A stretch of 64,000 bases of DNA from Pseudogymnoascus verrucosus (taxonomy: Eukaryota): NCBI GenBank assembly GCA_001662655.1, contig KV460219.1. The stretch is one strand, 5' to 3'. Shown piece after piece: positions 50,975-62,700 of this stretch; within the stretch, counting starts at the first letter, position 1; the number at the start of each line of letters is the position of its first letter. Made by a program: the position numbers and the translations under genes. Below the pieces are notes generated by a model. It was not told where the DNA came from, did not search any database, and was given only the letters and a program-made list of their open reading frames with translations.

Positions 50975-52253
50975 ATGGCATACGTCCAGACGGTCATCCC
51001 GCTCGTTATTACTACTCTGCTTTTTACCATTCTCGCGGGCATCCTCGTCCTCACGCGGGTTATCACCAGAGCGCGCATTGGAATTATTGGCATTGACGAT
51101 TACCTCTCTTTTGGAGCGCTGGTGAGTCGAGTCTTGCTATTGTGCGGGGGGAAGCGAAATATACTGAAAGAGTGACAGCTGGCTTCCATTCTATTCTCTG
51201 TGGTTATCTTTCAACGTGAGTGCCCTTCTGGACATATCAAAAAAGGAATTGAGCTGATGAGTGTAATAGAAATTAAGTATGGCCTCGGCACGCCCTTTGC
51301 CACGATCCCCCAGGAGAACATTCCAATCTTCGTAAAGTGCCTCTGGGGAACAATCCCATGCTACAACGCGTCTCTCATCCTTACCAAACTCTCCATTGTC
51401 TTCCAGTACAAGCGCATCTTCACCACCCCGCTGATCAACCGCCTGTGCAACATCATGCTCGGCGTCCTCGTCGTCTACGGCCTCTGGACCATTGTCGGCT
51501 CAATCCTCATGTGCGTCCCCGTCGCCGCCTTCTGGGACCAGACCATCAAGGGCCACTGCATGAACCGCTTGCAATTCTGGTTCGCTAATGCGGGCGTCAA
51601 CATCGCTACCGATATCATCATCTTCGCCATCCCTATGCCGCTGCTCAAGCAGCTCCAACTCCCAAAGAAGCAGAAGATAGGGCTCATGTTTGTCTTCGGC
51701 TTCGGCGCCTTGTAAGACCCCTCCCCTTTTCCCCCCACACGTCCCTCTTCCACAGTGCATACGGCTAACCATCTACCCCAGCGTCTGCGTCACCTCCATC
51801 ATCCGCCTCAAATCCCTCTACGAAATCTCCGTCTCCCCCGACACCGCCCTCGACGGCGTCAACGCCGGCATCTGGTCCGGCATCGAAATCAACGTCGCCC
51901 TCGCCTGTGCCTCCCTCCCCGCCATCAAGCCCTTGATCGCCAAAGCCGTCCCTCACTTCCTGTCCTCGTCGCGCGGCGAGCGCTCTGGGCGCCACAACAA
52001 CGCCTCCGGTGGCTATGATCACGCGCTGAGCGAGCTGAGCCAGAATAAGCGCAGCAGGGTTGTGAGGTCGGCGGTTGGGGATGAGGATGAGGTGGATTTG
52101 AATGGGAATAATGGGAATGGGATTACGGTGGAGCGCACGGTGAGGATACAGGGGCATCAGGCGCCGAGGGTGAGTGGGGAGGGGAGTGAGAGTAGTTTGG
52201 TCAATTGGAAGGCGGATGTGTATACGGAGGAGAGGCGGCAGAAGGAGATATAG
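50975..52253 (+). CDS. Pth11-like (fungal rhodopsin-domain) integral membrane protein; multi-exon
   Basis: TRVITR...GIDDYL, TKLSIVFQYKRIF, CVPVAAFWD, NIATDIIIFAIPMP...LQLPKKQK...FGFG and WSGIEINVALACASLPAIKP. Confidence 0.9.
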
Positions 52254-52524
52254 GTGGAGATGGGTATATGTATGGTGTTTATATATATGATATCTGCTTT
52301 TGGAGTTTTTAGGGCGGGAAATTTGAAGGGAGCGAAAGGTGAATATGTATAGATGATTTGGGGGTGGTGTATATTTTTACATATTAGATGTATGTGATTG
52401 TTAATGATATATTTAGATATATTTTTAGAGATGTTTGTCTTTGACTTTACCATTCTAACTGCTCAGGCAGGGGAGAGGTTGAGAGTGGATTGTTGTGTTG
52501 TGTGTTTTGTGAAGGGCTACAGAC

Positions 52525-53265
52525 GGAGGGTATGATATGGGATAAGGAGTCGCGCAGGGTTGGATTGGGGAGGAGTTGCACGTGCTCAGATTCTTGAGAT
52601 TGAGACGAAGGTAGGATATTTATTTATTTCGTCGAACTTGTTTCCGTTTAGCTTTTCAGGTCGATTTATATGTATATTTATTAGTAGGATTTTCAAGTTA
52701 CTAGATATTAAAGGGGTTGTAGAGGGTGTGTGTAGTATAGGATGATGAGTTTAGCAGGTTTATTTAAGAGGGGAGTCATACATTCTCAGGTTCTTGGGTT
52801 AGAGGTAGCACATTTATTTCTCTCGTGAAGCTTGTTACCATTTATTTGGTTTATTAGATTTATAATTATTATTTCGCTATTGGTAGGGGGTTTAATATTG
52901 AAGGCGTTATGGAGGGTATGATATGAAATAAGGAGTTAGATAGGGGAAATTGTACACGGTCGACTTCTTGGAATTAGAGGTAGGATATTTATTTCTCTCA
53001 GGAGGTTTATTGGTATTTATTTAGTTTACTAGTTGTTGGTTTGATGAGGTTTTGAGATTATTGAATATTAAGGGGGTTATAGAGGGCATGTGTGATATAG
53101 GATAAGGCAATAGGTGGGTTTGTTTGAGGGAGTCGTATATTCTCAAGTACTCCAGATTAGAGGTGAGATACTTATTTCTCTCCTGGGGCCTATTACCATT
53201 TATTTTGTTTTTGGGTTGAATTATAATTTATTTTTATGTTTGTTGGTGGGGGATTTTGAGGTTGT
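52525..53265. repeat. Degenerate tandem array of four ~170-195 bp units with A-B-A-B structure
   Basis: Units start at 52525, 52721, 52911 and 53081. A core resembling AGAGGTAGGATATTTATTTCTCTC lies at ~52608, 52801, 52976 and 53159. Confidence 0.8.
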
Positions 53266-53490
53266 CTAATAATTAATCGTGTTTTATAACTTTGAAAAGT
53301 TTTTAAGCGCAACATCCGATTTACACCCTCAAACAGACCATCTACCTAACATTTAGCACAACTTCACTCTCAGTATGACTCTAACTATAACTCAATACAC
53401 ATATATCACCCCTCTTTATCTTTTTGCAGTTGATCTTCAGTTTACGTTTCCCCCAGAACCTCCATAAAATCTCACCAACAGCCTTTCACG

Positions 53491-55271
53491 ATGGCATACT
53501 GGACAAACTTGCTAGCCGAGATCCGCATGATGATCCTCGGAATAGTAGTAGAAGACTACAGATTTGAGTCTGATAGATACGCCCGCGCCGGTTATGCCTG
53601 TGTATGTCAGGAATGGCAGTCAGTCTTTGAACAGAGTAACTTTCGGCGAATTATCGTTGACCAAGAGCGCATAGGAGACTTTGAAAAAATTATGGGAAAT
53701 GAGGCAACTAGATATAGGCAGGGTTATCTAGAGCACTTGGTGCTTTGTATCAAACTTGATGAGTACGACTGCACTGCCTGCCAATCGAAGGAGGATGATG
53801 AAACAATTAGGAAGTAAGTTGACGTTTGTTGGTCCTTAGTTCGGCTCACTATCGCTCTATTTGTGTCCCGTTACAATCATATAGCTAACGTCAACAGTAA
53901 CAATAATGTCTTTTTCAACTCTCCCTGGGATTTGTTATTTATCCTGTCAAAGTGGGTTGGATTCGTTGGGACTCGTCGCGAGAAGGGGCTGACATTGGAA
54001 CTTGGCGTCTATTCTCCAAGTGATTGTAAGCACACCTTCAGAGACTTCCATCTCGAAGAAAACCACCCGTACCAAGAATTTAATGACATGAAATCATATG
54101 TCGATGCGTACAAGCAGCGAATTGACAGGCTTGACCTCGGCACCTTAAATGACCCATATCATGGATGGGTTAACGGCCATCAGGAAAGCCCAAGCTTAGG
54201 ATCAAAGCAGAGATTCATGGGGACATTAACTGTCAACGATAATCTTCCTCAACTCTCTATTTACTCCTACACGTTTCCTAATGTCGAGATAGTGACGGGC
54301 CTTCTCATCCGCCGACAGTTCTATTGGAAAATTAAGGCCAAGTTTCTTGACAAGCTGCTCCGCGAGACATTTACATGCCTTAGATGGTTTAATCACGAAG
54401 TATGATATAATGTCGACCTACCACAGCAATTCCACTTTGAAAAGGGTATGCTAGGGTCCCATTCCTTACTGGATATTGTCGTAAGGCAAACAAGTCTCAC
54501 AGCACCTCAGACTAACTCACTATTGCAGACTACGAGAGGCTACTTTTACATGGCATCCCAAGCACTCTGCGCGAACTAGATATATTTGAGAACTTCAACA
54601 AGGTTCTCCACCCAGCCCAGTTCAAACAGCTCACTAACCTAGAACAATACACCAAGCGTGCGAATCCTTCATTGGGAAAAGCCCTCTCAAAGTCTAGTCG
54701 GCTCCTAACAATGTTGTCTGCCGCCTTCATTGTTGATGCGGTGGACTTTTTCGCAAGCTTCAAGCCGACCAACAACCCAAATTCGAACGTATTTCCTGGG
54801 GAGAACCTGCAGTATCTAGCTCTGACATCACAGCTGCTGCATCCAAGAAAGGCAGACCGACATATCAATGGAGTGCTGATAGCTGCTGGTCGGGCGGCTG
54901 CTTTCATGCCCAAGCTCAGGGGTATGGAGATCTGGAATGGTGGTGGGGGCCACGCCTGTGTCTTCCGATATAGAAACTACGACGGCAAAACTTATATTAG
55001 CTGGGAGTGCACTTGGGGTCCTAAGTTCAAGCTGGACCCTGACGTGATAGACTGCTGGGCAAATGTCCCGAGGCAGGGACAATATCCGCATGGTAACTTT
55101 ACAGTTACAGTTAATAAGAAACTACTGAGGCACCGCGACACGAAGACATATGGATCGATAGTTCCTCTTCTGAAACAGCGTTCCTGGATGCAGCATTTCA
55201 TTTCTGATTTCCAGATGCTGTCAAGGAAGATCCGTACTCAACATCTACGTCACAGGCATAACATTGAATAA
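53491..55271 (+). pseudogene. DUF6546-like protein with F-box-like N-terminus, carrying an in-frame nonsense codon; 3 exons
   Basis: W..L.AEIRMMIL, YACVCQEWQSVFEQSNF, GLTLELGVYSPSD and LQYLALTSQLL...MPKLRGMEIWNG. TGA at 54403-54405 lies inside exon 2, before the donor at ~54446. Confidence 0.7.
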
Positions 55272-55561
55272 CAGATGTTTGTTGTTTATGACGGCTCTCG
55301 ACCCTCTAGGCTTCCACTTAATTGTCCATCAGCGGCCTGGGCGGGTGGCTGACAGGTCTTGGCGACGAGGCTGAGTCGAAAAATGATGCCTGAACCAGAA
55401 CTATCGATGTTGGACGAGGCTGCGCCGCAGTGTAGGATGAGGCATAAACACGGCTGTCGTGCCGGACCCGCGACACCAAATAAATATAAGTGAGTGCCTT
55501 ACCTCCTCTCATATTCGCATCCGCAGCATTTCGCAGTGACCGGCCACTCAAAACGGCCACA

Positions 55562-56368
55562 ATGTCCGAATTACCAGGCTACTCGCCATATGGCGTCCCC
55601 CCCCCCGAGCCCGCCTCCTCCACCACATCCCTCGCAACCTCCCTAGCAGCCTCCTCCCTCGCACTCCCCACCCCCTCAATCCGCTCCACCACCCCCCCCG
55701 TCTTCCCCTCCCTCCCCCACTTCCCCGATGACCAACCCCGCGAAAGCCTCGCCGGCCCCGTCAAAACCACCTCCCTCTCCGACATGCAACACGACTACTT
55801 CCGCGTAACTCGCGTCACAAACACCACCTACAGCGTCGCCCTCACCACCGACCCCACCCCGCTCTACCGCGTCGAAGTCGACCCCCACATCGCCGCCGAC
55901 CCCGCCATCCAAGTCTTCGACCTCTTCAACCCCCTCCCCCTCGCCACCGCCCGCCTCCACCCCGCCGTCGCAACCTCACAATCATGCACCCGCGACCCGG
56001 CGGGCGATAACCCAAAATGGCGGCCCATGTCGCTGCTGCACTTCTCCAGCATCCCACTGGTCGTCATCCCGGGCATGGCGCCGATAGAGCGATCGGTGCG
56101 CTGGCAGCATACGACGAAGCAGTCTACGAATCTGGAGCTGTGGATGCGGGATCCGCTTTTTGGGATTTCGGCTGGGCCACCGCAGTCGACGATGCCGAGG
56201 GAGATGTTGCTGGCGCGGTATGGGATTGAGGGGGTGGGGTTTGTTGCGGATAGGGTGTTGGAGATTAGGAGGGGTGGGGGGATGGAGTTCGAGTTGGTGG
56301 TTTTGGTGCAGGCTTTTGCAATTTTGGAGGCGGATAGGAGGAAGAAGGCGAGGAAGGGGGGGAAATAG
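55562..56368 (+). CDS. Hypothetical protein (Pro/Ser-rich N-terminus, globular C-terminus)
   Basis: Intronless ORF from ATG 55562 with strong codon bias, ending in EIRRGGGMEFELVVL...EADRRKK. Confidence 0.7.
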   Translation: MSELPGYSPYGVPPPEPASSTTSLATSLAASSLALPTPSIRSTTPPVFPSLPHFPDDQPRESLAGPVKTTSLSDMQHDYFRVTRVTNTTYSVALTTDPTPLYRVEVDPHIAADPAIQVFDLFNPLPLATARLHPAVATSQSCTRDPAGDNPKWRPMSLLHFSSIPLVVIPGMAPIERSVRWQHTTKQSTNLELWMRDPLFGISAGPPQSTMPREMLLARYGIEGVGFVADRVLEIRRGGGMEFELVVLVQAFAILEADRRKKARKGGK

Positions 56369-56749
56369 ATGTGGGCGTTAAGTTTGTGGAAGGGAAGTAC
56401 TCGAGTATATATACCCTTGTCGGGGAGTCTTCGTTGATTTTCTGGATAGTTATCTCTCGTATGTCGAGACATACAGCGGTGGAATTAGTGTCGTTTGTAT
56501 ATACGGAGATCATAATGGTCACAACAGGCATTAATAGATTTCGATCAATGATTGATTCATGTTTATGTCATTGCTTTGCTACTACGCAACTTCTCATCAA
56601 CGCGCCAAAATACCCATATTTTGTGTACGTTATTTATTTTTCCTAACCACGCGCCATCCAAATTACCAACGTTTTCTCATCGTTCCATCTTCGTCGTCAT
56701 AGCAGAGACCAGTTAAGGCCTCTGCCGTAAAGAATCATTCAATATGCGT

Positions 56750-58553
56750 TTAAGCGTAAAGCTTCTTCTCGTAGCTCTCCATGTGGATGCCACCCTCAAC
56801 CTGGGCACTGGCAGAGCGGAGTTCGAAGCGCGTGGTGCCAGCGGCAACCGAGGCGTGGAGCTCAGCCAAGCTCCTGGAGCCCATATCCTGCAAACTGTGT
56901 TTCAAGCCGGCAGACAGGTATGGGACGAACTTGGTGATCGGGCCACGGTGAGCAACCGCGCCGGAAACACCCTGGGCGACAAGGACGCTGTCACCCTCGG
57001 AGAAGTAGCGGGCAGTGCCAGCGTTGCTAGCCTGGCTGTTGGCAGTACCGGCACCGGCCTTCTTGTCTTGCATAGCATCGATGGAGCCCATGCCACGGTA
57101 AGCCTTGACGAGCTTGCCCTCGCGGGAAACGAAGGAAGTTCCTGGGGACTCGGAGGTACCAGCAAGGAGACCACCCATCATGATGGTAGTGGCACCAAGA
57201 GCGAGACCCTTGACGATGTGGCCAACGTTTTGGATGCCACCGTCAGCCATACATGGGACGCCGAAGCGAGCAGCGAACGTGGCGACGTTGTAGACAGCTG
57301 CGGCCTGGGGACGGCCAACAGCCATGACTTCCTGGGTGATACAGGCGGAACCACTGCCCATGCCGATGCGGAGACCATCAACTCCGGCAGCGATGAGAGT
57401 GGCAGCCTGCTCGCGGGTAACGACGTTTCCGCCGATAACCTCGATACCAGGGTACTTCTCCTTGACGAACTTAATCATCTCGACCTGGTACATGCTGTTA
57501 CCCTGGGAGCTATCCAAGATAACGATGTCGAGGCCGGCCTCAGCGAGCTTCTCCAAGCGGTCCTTGTCGGCGGGACGAGTACCAATGGCAGCCGCGCAGA
57601 TCAGCTGCTTGGAGTCTGGGAGCTTCGAGGAGTTGGGGAAGTGGAGGTTCTTGGTGAGATCGGAACGAGACACCATGGAAACCAGGTTGCCGGCCTTGTC
57701 AACGATTGGGAGCTTTCCCTTCTTGGACTGCGCCAGGATGGCGTTGGCCTCGGCGAGGGAGGTGCCCTTGGCAGCAGTGATAAGATCGGTGACCATGACA
57801 GATGAAACTGGCTTCTTGGTGTCTTCTTCGAATTGGATGTCTCTGTTCGTGACAATACCAACGAGCTTGGAGCCGAGATTTCCGTCCTCTTCAAAGCGAT
57901 TTGAGTTAGCAAAGTTCTTGGCTAAAATTTGAAAGCTTTGATAATAAATTTTTGTTTCCAGTCATACATAGAATTTCTCCCCACGATCTTGCGATCGACT
58001 ACGGATGAACGAAAGTTATATGGTATAGTATTGATAATCATAATGGAGACGCAGATGAATGAGATTGTTAAAACATACCAGTAACTGGGAAACCACCGAA
58101 TCCCCATCTCTCCTTCAGGGCCTTGACCTCCTCAACAGTCTGGTCCTTGCGGAGCACAACTGGGTCGAGGATGAAGCCGTTCTCGTAACGCTTGACCTTC
58201 TGGACCATCTCGGCCTGTTCGTCAGGAGAGCAGTTGTGGTGGATGACACCGAGGCCACCCTGGAGCGCCATGGCGATGGCCATCTCGTGCTCAGTAACGG
58301 TGTCCATGGGAGAAGAGACGAAAGGAGTCTTCAGGGTGATTTTCTTGGTAACGCGTGACTCAAGAGACACTTCTGAGGCGGGGAATCCAATGTAACCGGG
58401 GAGAATAAGAAAATCGTTATACGTGAGGCCTCCATTCTTGTGGGAGTCAAGCAGACTCTCAGCATCGAGGCCATCGAGCTCCTTGTACTCGTTCTTCAGG
58501 ACCTCCAGGGCCTTGGAAGAATCCAAAACCGCATCGCTTTTTGGGAACGACAT
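56750..58553 (-). CDS. imdA: Inosine-5'-monophosphate dehydrogenase; 2 exons
   Basis: [24 protein letters not shown] domains, [20 protein letters not shown] (catalytic Cys) and YRGMGS. Intron 58078-57889 joins [11 protein letters not shown]. Confidence 0.98.
57957..58047 (-). ncRNA. snR54: Intron-encoded box C/D snoRNA, snR54-like (guide for 18S rRNA 2'-O-methylation at the yeast A974 site)
   Basis: Lies in the 190-nt IMPDH intron. Terminal TCCA/TGGA stem, C-like ATGATTA (58041-58035), guide TAACTTTCGTTC (58018-58007) complementary to conserved 18S GAACGAAAGTTA, GATC-GCAA-GATC hairpin, and D-like ATGA (57965-57962). Yeast snR54 sits in the IMD4 intron. Confidence 0.85.
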
Positions 58554-59720
58554 GGTGATGCGGGGAAAGTTAAATGAACGAGAAGTGATGAGACTGGGGT
58601 ATAATAAAGAGATAGTCGACGTCTGTTTAGGTGGAATTGAAACGTATGGTCGACGGGTAGAAGTTGCCTTCTCCCAAGAGAGAAGAAAAGAAGAGAATCA
58701 GGCGTCGGCGAAGTTGAAAATATAGTAATTGGTGCGAGTGGCGCTAGCAGAAAGTTTCGCGACGGCAATTTGCGTTCACCGCCTTCCGTAAGCAGAGCTG
58801 TAATCACAGTCATACTTTGTGGTAATTACTGAGAATACCAATGTGCTGCTTTGTAATCGCCGTCAGAACGTATAAACAAGATAAAATTACAGTCACTGTC
58901 ATTGCTACTATGGATATGAGAGTATATGGGAGCTATGAGGGAGCTGGAGCGGTAGTGAGGGTGTAACTGGAAGAGCTGTATTTCAGATTGAAAAAGGTAC
59001 TTAATTCTACACACAATTTGTATGCATTAACAAGTACTATTTAAAATAAATAGAAAAAGTACTTATGAATACACTCAAATTATATGTGTAATTAAGTACC
59101 TTTTTCCCATGACCTGGAATTTATCCATTTTTTGCTAAAGCAAGCTCTTATCAGCTTATCCACCTGCAGCGTTATCGGAGCTGTTTAAAGCTGGTACTTA
59201 CTAGCACACACAAAATATACGTCTACCCAAAGTACCACGCTTAATATTTTCGTGAAACCGGCAAATAGGTTTCACCGCCTTCCGAACGCGGAACGTGGTT
59301 GCCAGACGCACGGTTGGGTTTGTTTACATCTGGCGATCACTGTTGACCTGCATCGTCAAATCAAATAGGGCTACCCTCTACCCAGTACTACCGAACCTTG
59401 CGGCTCCATAACCTCACTCCTTCTCCCCCCCGCTCTGGTTGAAACTTCCATCGCAGCATCGCATTCTGCTTCAACTTGCTCAATTTAATCAGACGCACAC
59501 GCGCCTGCTATTCATTTCACTTCTGCGCTGTGCGCTCGATATTAATTGCTGTCATATCCACACCGTTGACACGTCTACACCGTCTCCCCGAGGGGTAATC
59601 ACAAATCACAAATCACAAGTCGAAAGCGATGCAAACGCCTTGATGCGGCCTTAATTCGCGACCTGCCTTTGAGAGAGAGAACGACATCCTGGACACAATA
59701 TACACAATATACAGGACGTG

Positions 59721-62700
59721 ATGTCGTACCGTCACCCTCTGCACCAGATACAGGCAAATGACAACTCGGCTCAACTCGCAAAGCGCCAACCGTCGACTGC
59801 CTCGACGTCGTCGTCGGCCTACTCCCATCCCTCAGAAGCGTCGTATCTGAGTCGCACAAGCACCATATCATCAACTGCATCAAGCGGATACCAACAACCT
59901 GCACATAAACGGGGTCTCAGTGAAGCTAAAAACATGTCGCCCGTACGTCCCGGAAGCTCTGGAAGAGGCTTCAGCACCCCAAACTCAGAAGACCCTTTTC
60001 AGAGTGTGCGCCTGTCTTTGCGCCCGCTTCCCCAGGTACCTGCACAGAACTGTCCCTCGCCGCCTAATAAACAACTATTTCAGCACTCAAGAGGACAAAG
60101 CTTGGATGTTAAGCCCATGTACAATGACACTGCTGCCTCTCCGCCTCCGAAGCGAACAGGTGCATTGAGGCCGAACTCGATGTTACTGAGCCGCGCCGAC
60201 TCGACTAGAACGGTGCGATCTAATACCCTGCAGCCAAGTTCGCAGCTCTCGCCATTACACACGCCCGTGGCCGCGCCGGACCTTCAGAGCCTTGGAAAAT
60301 CATCTACCGGCCACCTTCGCACTCTGTCAAAATTTGCAGAAGTATCATCTCCGAATGAGTTTGCCATCAGCTCACCCGCACAAGAAGTCGCAGGATTACA
60401 TGGTAGGAGGAGGCTTCAGAGGACGGACAAAACGGCCAATGGTGGAAGTGCTGTTGCTCTCAACAATGGCACGGGGTATAGCTGGGAGGGTCGGAATTGG
60501 ATGGACAAACAACGGCAATTTTTGCAAGCCTACGAATACCTCTGCCATATTGGAGAAGCAAAGGAATGGATTGAAGATATCATTCACAGGCCTATACCTC
60601 CAATTGTTCAGCTCGAGGAAGCCCTTCGCGACGGAGTCACCCTTGCTGAAATTGTCGAAGCTCTCCAGCCGGACAACCGATTTCGCATATTCAGAAACCC
60701 TAAACTCCAGTACCGACATTCCGACAACATAGCCATATTTTTCCGATTTCTCGGCGAGATTGAGCTTCCAGATCTCTTCAGGTTTGAGCTGATCGACCTG
60801 TACGAGAAGAAAAACATCCCAAAGGTCATCTACTGCATCCACGCTCTAAGTTGGCTGTTATACAGGCAAGGTGTAGTTGACTTTCGCATTGGAAACCTCG
60901 TTGGACAGCTGGAATTCGAACACCATGAGCTAGAAGCAATGCAAAAAGGGCTTGACAAAGCTGGAGTTAGTATGCCGAGCTTTGGAAACATGGGCGCAGA
61001 TTTTGGCGTCCCGGAGCCGGAACCAGAGCCAGTCGAGTCAGAAGAGGACAGGATCGAAAGGGAGCTTCACGAAAACGAGCCTTCAGTTATAGACCTTCAG
61101 GCACAAATACGTGGCGCCCTCCAGCGAATGCGACTCGCCAACACCATGGAGAAGCTGTGGAATTCGGAAGACTGGCTTGTCGATTTGCAGTCACGCATTC
61201 GAGGAGACTTTTCCCGCCAGATCATAGATTACCGCCTTAACATGCGACGATTCGCTGTTAACTTGCAAAGTGCAAGCCGGGGATTTATTCTCAGGAAGCA
61301 ACTGATGAACCGAACCGAATTCTTCAAGAGCAGCGAAGCTGAAATATTAAAGCTTCAGAGCCTGTTCCGGGCAAGGAAGGTTCGTGCCGAGGTATGCATA
61401 ACTAAATCTCGGTTGAGAAATGAGTCTTTTGCTGTGCGGGACGTTCAAGCTGCTGTTCGAGGATTTTTGATGCGAAAGAGAGTGGAACAACAACATCAAG
61501 AGACGAGAAGTGTGGCCGCTCCAGTGCGAGGCTTGCAGGCCTCAATCAGGGGAATGCTACTACGAGCGACCATCGCAAACGATCACCACATCCTCGACGC
61601 CGAAACAGCATCTATCGCCTTGATACAAGCAAACGCCAGGGCTATGCTGACCAGAATCCAGGTGTCTAGGCAAAAACAGGCACTTCAGGCTTCCACTGGG
61701 ATTTGGAAAGCACTACAGGCTATGTCTCGTGGACACTTATTACGAAAGCAGCTTGAATTTACACGGAAAGAACTGAAAGCGCAGTCACCAAGTGTATCTA
61801 TGTTCCAAGCAGCTATTCGCGCTTCGGCCGTACGAAGTGAAACAGCGAAGATCCTTGCCGCGCTCGAAACAGAAGAGACAACTATCACAGAAGTCCAATC
61901 GTTGGTCCGTGGAATGCTCTCGAGGCAAAGAATTGTAGCCCAGAAGGAAGCTCTCAGCCGGCAATCGGTAAACATCACCAAGCTGCAAGGCCATGCAAGA
62001 GGCTTCCTCTCCAGAGCAACCACTGCTGAGCTTCGTGCCGATTTATACTCGAACACCCCCGCGATAATCCAACTTCAGGGTCTTATTCGGGCCATGCTAC
62101 ATCGAAATGATATCGGGAACTTGCTGGGAGAGCTCGAGGACCAGGAAGACTCGATCGTCGCCTTTCAAACTGCAGCACGAGGACTATTAGTTAGGGCTAA
62201 GTTTGCAGAGAAGCAAAAGTTCTTCAAGGAGAATATGCAGAAAGTTATCAAAATCCAAAGCTTTGTTAGAGGACGCCTCCAAGGAGAGGCCTACAAGAGC
62301 TTGACTACCGGCAAAAATCCACCTGTCAATACTGTCAAGAACTTTGTCCATCTATTGAATGATAGCGACTTCGACTTCAATGAGGAAATCGAGTTCGAGA
62401 GGCTCAGGAAGACTGTCGTGCAGCAAGTCAGACAAAACGAGACATCCGAACAATACATCGAGCAGCTGGACATCAAAATTGCGCTACTTGTCAAGAATAA
62501 GATCACCTTAGACGACGTGATGCAACATCAGCGGAATTTTGGAAGTCATGCTGGTAACCTACTCCCAAGCACAGCAATGTCGTCGGGGAACCACTTTGAT
62601 CTGAAGGCACTCAACAAGAACTCGAGAAAGAAGTTGGACACGTATCAGCAGCTTTTCTTCACCTTACAAACCCAACCGCAGTACCTAGCACGTCTCTTCC

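Noticed and set aside
56744..57805. 353-aa plus-strand ORF
   Set aside because: Antisense shadow of the codon-biased IMPDH, with no recognisable motifs.
56750..58553. IMPDH as a mycophenolate-type self-resistance gene marking a biosynthetic cluster
   Set aside because: It keeps canonical YRGMGS, has strong housekeeping codon bias, hosts the snoRNA, neighbours IQGAP, and has no PKS or NRPS nearby.
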